From Schmidtea polychroa (Eukaryota): a DNA stretch of 64,000 nt. The first letter of the stretch is position 1, and each line of letters begins with the position of its first letter. The position numbers and the translations under genes are program-made. Below, one piece after another: positions 1 to 9,430 of this stretch. The notes under the pieces are model-generated. The model made no database searches, was not told where the DNA came from, and saw nothing but the letters and a program-made list of their open reading frames with translations. The stretch spans positions 37,324,001 through 37,388,000 of the forward strand of contig CM097888.1 in the NCBI GenBank assembly GCA_044892525.1, read 5' to 3'.

Positions 1-840
1 CAATAATAATTTATCCACCCGTGTTCCTCAAACAAATATTAAAATAATTATTTAAATAAACAAAAAATTTTAATTAGGGTTGTAAGTTAAATCATGTTTG
101 ATTATTTCATTGACTTTAGAGCCATAAATACAGGCAATCTTATGGAATCATGTATAAATTCCATATGAATTGCTTGTCTTGTCTAAACTTTTTATGGAAT
201 ACATCAGCCACTGTCTAGATTTCAATTGTGAATTATGTAGACTGAAATAAATTGTTTTATAAAAAATTCAAAAATTAAATTTAAATTAGTGATTAATTTA
301 CAAATTTAACATCGAATTTTTGTCTAAAATTAATAATATTAAATTGGAAATTTTAAGAGTCTTCTATTTTATAAGTTTTTTTGTTAAAATATTGGTTTTT
401 ATAATATAATTGAATTGTTTTATCGTTTGAATATTTAAAATAATTTGAAATTGTAAATTTAATCATTATCAATAATAATAATAATAATTGAAAGAGTAGA
501 ATGCACGTTTCAGTTAAAACGGAAAATTGCTAATAAAAATTTAAATTGTATTTATCAAATTACATAAATTTTTATATAAACATTTAAATTAATAAATTAA
601 AGTAAACTTAAAATATATATTATTACTTAATTAATAAATTAAACCAGCATTGAAATCAACATCAAAATTAAAAGAAGAAAAGCCTCGAAGATATTTGTTT
701 TAATATGAAGGGAAAAGCTAGGTTTGTGAAGATATAATAAATTTTAGTTAAGTGATTTTATTGCAGTGATTTTATTAAGTGATTTTATTATTGGATACCG
801 AAAATGAATTTGATGTCGTTGCTGCTAATAATAAGAATAA

Positions 841-1265
841 GAATAAAATAAACAGTACAAGCTTTGTGATACCAAGTGCAAATCCCAATAGTAGACTAGT
901 TTTGAGCTTTTGGCTCTCATCAGTACTATGCAGGAGACGCGAAGATTTCTCTTCGCGCCAGGTAAGTATACAATATTGCTGATTCAACTCTATTGCATAC
1001 TTTCCCCGGTACACTGGAAATCACATCGTTTGCAAATTAGCTTGGTCACAGAAAAAATCTGTAAACTTGTAAACATGGCGTATGAAAAATCATAATCACC
1101 TCTGCGGACTAAAAAATTAGTCGATACACAGATACTGTTTACAAGTGCATCCGATTACCTATAGAATTTTTAACTTATAAAGTAATGGTGTATCACAAAG
1201 CTTGTACTGTTTATTTTATTCAAGTGAGACATCCGAAAAAAAATTTTACACCATTACTTTATAAG
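841..1265. repeat. Interlocked inverted repeats around the hammerhead
   Basis: Perfect 32-bp inverted repeat 841-872 / 1190-1221 and perfect 19-bp inverted repeat 1174-1192 / 1247-1265; ataagaataagaataa at both 831-846 and 1261-1276. Confidence 0.8.
888..929 (-). ncRNA. Minimal type I hammerhead ribozyme motif with one core substitution (G12A)
   Basis: Minus strand ATAGTA-CTGATGA-GAGC(CAAAA)GCTC-AAAA-C(TA)G-TC-TACTAT: 6-bp stem I, CUGAUGA core, 4-bp stem II, AAAA in place of GAAA, palindromic mini stem III and a GUC triplet. Confidence 0.72.
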
Positions 1266-1373
1266 AATAAGAATAATAATTTATAATTCAATGATGTGTA
1301 TTTTAATTTGTAAAATTTCTTCATAATGTGTAATTTTTTCTGAAAAGATTTTTTTAAAATATCAAATTTATAG

Positions 1374-4300
1374 GTCGCTATGTATATAGCTGCACATTTT
1401 GGACATGTCGATTTGGCGTTAACTATGTGTAAAAGAGGGATCACGCCAGGTGAACCGGTTGGTTTGCATCCGTTGCGTCAATGGTGTCCAAATAACCAAC
1501 ACGTTGATAATTTAAAAGCTCCAATTCACGAAGCAGTTGAATGCGGACAGTTGGGAGTCCTTCGAAGTTTTGTACACCAAAATATTACAAGCATTCTTTG
1601 TAAGGATGGCCATGGACTTCAACCACTTAATATTGCATTAAGAAAGAAAATAAAAACTTGTGCCTCTTTTCTTCTTAGTAAACAATGGAGTCGCATTCCA
1701 TTTAATGGTAGCACAATCACATTGTCAATATTCAATAAATTAAAGAAATGGACGGAAAGAGCGAAAGAAAAAACAAGTCTGAGCTTAAATTCAGATAAAC
1801 CTACTGCAAAACCAAGACATTTTCAATCATTCCCATTAGTTGGACAAGGGATTTATATTGATGGATATTCAGCTGATCAAATTAGTAGTAGATCTAAATT
1901 TCCGCCGAAAAAAACCATCAAATCAACTAATATCGAAGCATACTATCGAAATCTCTATGGGATTTCTCCTGAACAATATTTTGAAATTCCTGTTATCAAA
2001 ATTGCTACAAATCGAAATTTTAACCGATCTGGACATAAAAGAGTCAAAAGACTTTCTTCTTCAATAATAGACAAAACTGATTTACAAATAGATACTTCAG
2101 ATGTAGCTACCAAAGATAAACCGTTCAAATTTCCAAAAATTCATTCTGGATTAAGTAAATATATTTATATTCAAAATTCTATTCATATCTAGTTAATACA
2201 TTTCATTTTCTCGTAAATAAATTTTTGTATGAAATTTTGGAAATTTAAAAATTTTTTATTATTTTTTAAAAATCTATAAAAATTTTAAACATTATTTTTG
2301 TCAGGCACGTACGCAGGATGAATCCATGGGGGGCTTCTATATATTATTTTTATATATATTTATATAGAGGGGGGTTATTTATATACAGGGCCGCCGAGAG
2401 GACTTTTGGGGCCCGGGGATATACTTCTTGTGGGGGCCCCTGCCAAGAGCGTGACAAAAAAATTTTCCCCTCGGACTTTGGGCTATTTATAAATGAAGCG
2501 GGAAACCGAAAAATGTCCTAATTGTTATTGGAACAATGTATTCATCAAAAATTCTCTTACAAAAATGAAAACGTTTACAACTAAAATTACAAAAAAAGTA
2601 CAAAAAACAAATTAATTTTTAGAATATTGCTTTCAGAACCTTGCGCCTAGCAAACAAATTAATTACGTCTTGAAAATCAATTTTCTTAGCCATTTCAGAT
2701 TCAATCGACAACATTCCTAAATCATTCAATCGGTGTTGTGACATTGTGGATCTCAAAACATCTTTTATCCTTTTTAAAACACTAAAGGATCGTTCTGCTT
2801 CAGCAAAGGTTACAGGGATCGTACAAAATAATCTTATTGCTATTATTATGTTGGGAAACAATACATCCAGTTTCATTTTTTTAATGATGTTTAGTAACTC
2901 AATGGGCGAGAGAGATTTGTTTTGTATATTGGCATCATAAATTGATTTTAAATGGAGTATTTCTTCACCAAGATTATGGTCAATATTATTTTCATATACC
3001 TTTTGTAATTTTTCGGACTTCTTTTGTATTTCTTCATCATTAAGGTTATGAAATAACCATAATACATTAAATAACGAATCAATTTCTTTAGCCGCATTAA
3101 ATCTTCTTGTAATATTTCCAATAATACAATCTAAGAAAACATTGAAAACATTTGTTCTGAATTCGTCACTTGGTGTCATTTCTAATTCATCCACGTCGCG
3201 AATATCGGAGTCGATGGCGGTCTCCCATTGACTGCTAATTACTAATAATCGAAAATTAGACTTCAGCACTCCCACACCGGTAAAGAAATGCTTTGTAGCC
3301 CAACGCTTAGGTTAATTTCTTATTCACTTTCGGCTTAGTTCACAAACACGATTACTTTATCCGCTTCTTCCTGGAGATTTTCACATTGATCAAACAACTA
3401 CACTTACTACACTATTAATGTTTGTAATTTTTCTTTTAGTTAAATAATAATAGAGTTTGTAAATAATGAAACAGGCTCAAAATGTCAAAAACTAGTGATA
3501 GCAAGCACTTGACTCTTGACAAACAAAATATTGCCACATGTGCTTACCATTACTGCAAGATGCGTTTGTGCCGTGTAGACTTTTTCGCAACGGGGGTTCC
3601 GAAAGCAATCTTGGCAACGGACACTCTCCAGACGTACCCCACACACGCACTACAAAAGGAGGAACATAGTTCCTAAAAATTGAAATCATGATTTTTTCAT
3701 AAAAAAATAAGTGATTTAAATCATGATAGATTTTTTCTCCAGAGCCCCGGGTATTTTCCCCATCAACCACCCCCCCCCCCCTCCCCCTCTTGTCGGGCCT
3801 GTATATATATATATATATCGGCATTCGGAATATTTCTTAAATTGTTTTCAGTTTATATATTTATTAATTATAGTTTTTTATACTGTTGTTGGAATCATGG
3901 GGGGGTTAAACCCCAGTAAACCCCCCCTCTGCGTACGCCACTGATTTTTGTTGTTATATTTATTAAATAATTAAATAAATGTTATCAAGATTTATTAATT
4001 TATTTAACCAATTGCACATAATTTCATCTTTTAGCAAAATTTTAATATAGTGAGAATGATTTTCAACAACAATTATTAATAATAAACAGTTAAAACTAAC
4101 AAATGTCTTTCTTCGTTTTCTCAAAATGAAATTGCACTTACAGTTTTCTAGCTTTGCAAAAAATTATCTCTTATACAGCAGATAGGTTTTATCGCTTGTT
4201 TACACATCGTTTTATTATAGGAATTACATGTGCCGTGCTTGCATGTTTTAGTAATTTTTTTACTCTATTTTGAAAACTATAATAAATTGGTAAATGTAAC

Positions 4301-6065
4301 TTCTAATGAATTTTTTATAATATAATTTATTTATTATTTATAGGAATTTTTTTATCAATTGCAACGCGACGTATACATACGCAATAGTTGCATTCATACT
4401 TGACCATTAATTACAGTTACATATGCTTATAACTTATCTTTCTAAATTTGACGCTATAATATCTCAAAAACATTATTTTCAAGAAAACATAGAGAGAATC
4501 GGTATATGTTATTCTTTATGTTTTTATATTTTCATCCTTTACACTAAAAAAATCAATTAATTAAATGAAAGCACAAATTTATTGATTTGTATCATTGAAT
4601 AAATAGCACTTGATAAATAAATCGCTGAAATTTGTGGTACATAGGAAAATTAATTATTGATTTATAAATACATTGAAAATAAATGAAATACCAAAGTAAA
4701 TTGACCAAAGTTGTCAAAAAATTGTTTACCAAACCATACCGGGTTATCTTGAGTCAATTTAATACTGGCAAAATTAGACTGAAAAAGTAATTTTTGCTAA
4801 TGAGTCCAGAGAAAAATAACATTCCTTTATATATTTTTGTTGGGTTATTGTTTAGCAAGTCGGTTAGTTTCTGACTACTCGTGTCCTTTTCCACTCAAAT
4901 AAGTAATACACAACACTTAACAATTTTATTCAAACTTTACCTCAATTACAATTAGTCACTTGTTTTTATACTTTTCTTTCGCTGATAATTGTTATCGTAA
5001 AATAGGTTGCCAAAGGATAATCAACTTTTCATGTACGATAATTTATAATTCTCTCTGGCTTTACTTGAATCATTCTCTTTCTTTAGGTCTCCTTGATTTT
5101 CGTGAACGCCTTCTGATATTGATTTCTTGGACCAACTGGCGCCTCGTCTGTTTTTGAGTTCTCTTTTTATACTCTTTTTGAGAGGCCAATTATCTAAACA
5201 ATTTGAGGTTATTGAAAATAATTATTATTCATGAAACTTAGGATAAATATTTTAAGGGTTATGCCAACAGTTTAGTTTGTTTACCCCAAATTGTCACTCG
5301 GGAGAATTTGCTTCCCTATCTAATCGGTCGGGTCTCAATTAGCTCGTAGTTTTCTTTAGCCGTCGTGTTTCTCAAGGTTTCGGTCGTTCCATTACCGATT
5401 CATTAACTTTTATTAATTTGTTTTCACGTTATAACTTTCCCTGTGAGCTCCTTATCAAATTTTCATTGTTTCTGAATTTGTCTTTCAGTTTGGTGTTCAA
5501 CCATATCCATTTCCCAGATCAATATTGTTTCAAATTTTATAAATTTTTAATTAATTTTTGCACTTTTGATATTTTTATTGTTTTTGTGTGTTTAAATATT
5601 TTATTTTGTCCATTTCTAAATTACCCCAAAATTTTTAAAAAAATATTTTAATTTCCAGATGATATGAGATCTCGAACATCAAGTATACAAAGTTATGAAA
5701 CTTTTCAAGAAAGTCAGCGAAAAGTTTCTTTGAAGGCAAAGGAAAAGAAAAAAGTCCATAATTCAAATGAACAAAATTTAAAGTTTAACAAAAATAAAGG
5801 CGATACTGGACTACCTCTACCTCTGAAAAGTATAGATTGCACTCCTAGGCCATATTACTATGTCAGGTCGAATCAAACTGATGAAATTTCCACATCTATC
5901 GAAACTTATTATAAAGATAGGGGATATTTGCCCAGAGAATATGCGATAAAATGTTTGACTTTGAGTAATCATTTGAAAGATAAATCTTGGTTATCTCAAG
6001 TTCGAATTGCTATGAATCTAGGAAAGGAAAGTGTAAAGAAAAGTATCAAATTAAAATATGTTTGA
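1374..6065 (+). CDS. ANKUB1: ANKUB1 3' part: ankyrin exon 1374-2154 and terminal exon 5659-6065
   Basis: VAMYIAAHFGHVDL...EPVGLHPLRQWC...KAPIHEAVECGQL...LLSKQWS resembles human ANKUB1 VALYIAAFCGYIEL...EAVGVHPYRAWC...KCPIHAAAEAGQL...LLSKMWS. The last exon AIKCLTLSNHLKDKSWLSQVRIA resembles AIYCLAVASAFKEKRWLQQLEIA. Splice sites tttatag|1374, 2154|gtaaat and ttccag|5659 keep phase 1 between the two exons; stop TGA at 6063-6065. Confidence 0.88.
2302..3943. mobile_element. hAT MITE, outer element of a nested pair
   Basis: Ends caggcacgtacgcag ... ctgcgtacgccactg; perfect 8-bp TSD atttttgt at 2294-2301 and 3944-3951. Confidence 0.85.
2386..3801 (-). mobile_element. Internally deleted hAT element with a C-terminal transposase fragment (ORF 2619-3275)
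   Basis: Imperfect TIRs cagggccgccgagag / ctcttgtcgggcctg; 7/8 TSD tttatata / tatatata; ORF carries the hAT dimerisation motif FCTIPVTFAEAERSFSVLKRIKDVLRSTMSQHRLNDLGMLSIE. Confidence 0.85.
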
Positions 6066-6889
6066 ATTCTCATTCAATAATATGATACCTTTCATGAATA
6101 CATGGATATTTCATTTTTAAATTCAAATTTTCAATTTACTATAAAGTTTTTTATCAACTACCATGTTTTAATATTTCATGACATTTAAAAACTTTCTTTT
6201 TTAAAAATTGCTGAAATTTAAAATGAATCAGTCTTTAAAAAATTAAATAATTTAGAAATATATTTCTATACATTTCAAATAACCCGCACTTTTAAATATG
6301 AACTAGCGTCAAAACCAAAGGCGAATCCCAAAGAGTCTTCTTAGATCCCCTCATTTTCAATATTATTAGTATGCTCAAGGTAAATTTAGATCGACACCTG
6401 GACAGGCCAGGCCAGAAGTCGATCCATGTCATAGGAAATATTTATTTATTTAAATGATCTGTAAATGTGTGATTCAATTTTCTTTTATTATAGCTGTAAA
6501 TTACGGTAATTATTATATTTTTGGATAGTAAGATAAATTTCAAATCATAAATTAAAGTTGGAACAAACCCTTACTTGTCAAATTAGTAAGAACTCAGAAA
6601 TATTGCACAACGTAAAAGTTTACAAGTTTTACAATTCTTATTTTGATAAGATTGTTAAAATTAAAATTTGAATTTTTTCTCTCAGCAGCTAGATATTTTT
6701 TTGCCAATTTTTCAATGGTAAATAAGTGACTGACTATCTCTACAAAATTTCTAATGACATGGTCATCATTTTTAATATTTAATCATTGCTGAAAAGAAAA
6801 TCAAAATGTTCAAAAACTAGGAATTCGTTTTCTAACAAGTTTAGAGCAAAAATTTTAAATTTTATTAAATATGATTAACAGTTAACCAA

Positions 6890-6990
6890 AAACAATGAGA
6901 AATATATCTGTAGCCTCTGACATTTGATCCACAAATAATTGAATTTAGTTATTTCTGTAACTTTATCTCCAAAAGATATGATAAATCTAA
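6890..6990 (-). pseudogene. Possible LINE reverse-transcriptase C-terminal scrap
   Basis: FGDKVTEITKFNYLW resembles the RT motif-7 pattern (V..FKYLG); a short match only. Confidence 0.3.
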
Positions 6991-7019
6991 AATCTTTCCT
7001 TCACAATAATTTTGTCATA

Positions 7020-7290
7020 GATTGTCATAAGTTAATATCGAATTAAGTTAGTACTGGTTATTTTTTATGCAATATTTATGTTAGTTTAGTGCAATACTTC
7101 TTGTTTTTGTTATTATTTTACTTTATTTATGAGTTTCTTTTTTTGATGTCATGTTATTCTTTAATCGTGTTTGTTTGATGTTTTTATATGTTTTTAATCT
7201 TACAGGACTTAGAACTATATTTGCGTGCTGTTCAGCGAATTCCGATCAGAAATCACGTTTATTTGAGTATAAAATCAGTTTTTACCTAAT
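7020..7290. repeat. Partial copy of the 11.6-12.2 kb repeat, same orientation
   Basis: Perfect 33-mer 7253-7285 = 12127-12159, with patchy similarity back to ~7020 / 11903. Confidence 0.8.
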
Positions 7291-7359
7291 ATGCACATGG
7301 TTTTCAAGCATAACCAGAAAATAACTATTAACCATATAAAATTTCATATATAATAATTA

Positions 7360-7731
7360 TTATTGGAAAATTATTTTAAGAATAATTTTATATAATAAAT
7401 CTTGAAATTTCATCTTTTCCAAAACTGGAATAGTGTTTGAATTGTAGCCAATTTTGAAATACAAAATTGGATCCATTTCATCTTTCATGTAAGCTTTCAA
7501 AGTAGATCCAGGAGTAATGCTCAAATCAGACAGTATCCAATGATCGGGTAATTCTGCTCCAAAACAATTCAAAACCAGAACTTTACTCATTTGATTTTCA
7601 CTACCTAAGTGACTGGTGTTTTGTGGAATAGACATTTTCTTGATTATTAATTCTTTGATTTTTCTAACTGTTTCTCCAAATGGTATGTCCATCGAAACCC
7701 GATCATTTTCATATGTAATAAAGACACGCAT
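7360..7731 (-). CDS. ANKUB1: ANKUB1-like N-terminal ubiquitin-like coding segment, opposite strand to the rest of the gene
   Basis: MRVFITYE...GETVRKIKELI...LVLNCFGAELPDHWILSDLSITPGSTLKAYMKDEMDPILY...TIPVLE resembles human ANKUB1 N-terminus MRIFIAFE...DETVEVVKLMI...[40 protein letters not shown]...TMPVME. The frame is open with no stops; the start coordinate is approximate. Confidence 0.8.
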   Translation of the reverse strand: MRVFITYENDRVSMDIPFGETVRKIKELIIKKMSIPQNTSHLGSENQMSKVLVLNCFGAELPDHWILSDLSITPGSTLKAYMKDEMDPILYFKIGYNSNTIPVLEKMKFQDLLYKIILKIIFQ

Positions 7732-8104
7732 GAATTTCTCTATGGTTTTAAACAGATTAAAAATGTAGTTTAGTACAAATTTTAAAAATGTTTCTTTATA
7801 TTTATATGACATATTGCAGTGATGCATATCATCTTTCAGGATTACCAAATGTATCATTATTCATTTGACTGTCTCGGCGAGTAGTTTCAATTATCTTTTC
7901 ACATTTTTAGTCCGTCAAGCGAATTTTGATTAATGATTTTGAAATTTTACATTAGAAAATTTTTGTACTTGTTTCAAAAATAATGAAAAATAGTGTTTAA
8001 ATTAACTGTCTTGTAATTAAAATTTCAATTTGTAAATGATTTTTTGAGGTTCCAGATAAATCATAAATTGTGTCTTCATATAATTTATTTTTATATTATA
8101 ATGA

Positions 8105-8375
8105 CAAAAGAAAATAGAAATTAGAAATTGAAAGATTTTATCAAAAATATCATACGGAATAAATTGGAAATTAAAGTTATAATAAACTAATAAAAAAACG
8201 CTAGAATATTCTATGAAATGACGAAATCCAACAATGAAATCATCAAAATCTAACAAGAAAAAAACTCAAAAAATTAAAAGAAATAATAATCATATATAAA
8301 AACTATTAAAAATAGTACAGAATATTCTAGAAAATGGCCATAGCCAATATGGTGCTGAATTTAATTAAAAATAAA
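8105..8375. repeat. Partial copy of the 11.6-12.2 kb repeat, inverted
   Basis: 19-mer ctagaatattctatgaaat at 8201-8219 is the reverse complement of 11777-11795; further blocks match 11620-11890. Confidence 0.75.
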
Positions 8376-9430
8376 AAAATTACCAATAAAAAATTTCTTT
8401 TAAATAAAATCAAAATTCAAATTGAATAAAAATAATTCGAATCTTTTTAATGCTTCAGTGCACACACACATACAAGCACACAAAATTCAGGGTATATAAG
8501 CAGACACATTTCGATCATAATTAATCTGATTTGGTTAAACAAAATTTCATGAGTTATGCAACTGAAATTTTCTTATTGAAACCTTTTTGAAAAATAAAAT
8601 GTTTTACCATAGTGTTTGATTTTAGTGTTTTACTAAAACGAGATAATTTTTTATATGTAAAAATCATCACAAGCACGACAATATTTTTAGGTACAACCAC
8701 CTACATTATCTACAAGTTAGTAACATGATTTGTACTATGATTTACTAAGAATGAAGTAGTTTACAATGTAACTCCTTGTGCGAACTGTGGACGATGGCAA
8801 GTGATGCGAGGAATGCTCTAACGCTTCTTTGTCTCCACGTGGGAAACCTCTGCATCTCCGTACCATGCTCTCGAAAGGTAAGACGAGTAACTGCTTAACC
8901 TTTAAGGCTAGGATTTAAATTAGGTAGGAAGATAGTGAAACCCAAAATGACATTGTGACATTTTATCAGTTTAGTTGGATGGATGAATACAGTTTAATCT
9001 ATCTAATTTAACTCGTTGTTGAAGTCTTAGTTGTGGATAATTTTATTATATTTTGATGGTAACATTACTATTACAGATGTCAGGTAAATTCCATAATCGA
9101 ATTTTTTCTCATTTTGTTATATATTTTGAATATTTGAGGAAAATATAAATTTTTGAATTTAAATTTGATGTTTTTAAAAAAATTGTAAAAAGTTCTGATA
9201 ATAAAATTAAATGAAATTATTAATGATTTTAAATGCAAATAATTATGAGTTTTAATATTCATATTTTCGATGTGTAAATTTTTAAATGGATTAAAAGTTG
9301 TAAAGTATACCACAATTAAATCAATTCTAAGATATAATAGTTATCTTAAAAGTAACAAGAATCTTTATTGGCTCCCAATATCAAAATTTTCCGAAAGTAT
9401 AAATTTAAAATATTGCAATTATTTATTAAG

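Noticed and set aside
830-969. U1 snRNA gene on the minus strand
   Set aside because: Only the first 13 nt match. There is no GATCACGAAG loop I, no correctly placed loop II and no Sm site, and the downstream sequence is better explained as a hammerhead.
5879-5906. ctgatga...gaaac as a hammerhead
   Set aside because: It lies in the ANKUB1 coding exon (TDEISTSIET); stem II cannot close and there is no stem I.
6300-6345. U5 loop-like ttcgccttt on the minus strand
   Set aside because: The GCCTTTTAC loop is incomplete and there is no flanking stem or Sm site.
7870-7925. Hammerhead-like ttgacgg...gaaactactc on the minus strand
   Set aside because: Several core changes and no convincing stem I or stem II.
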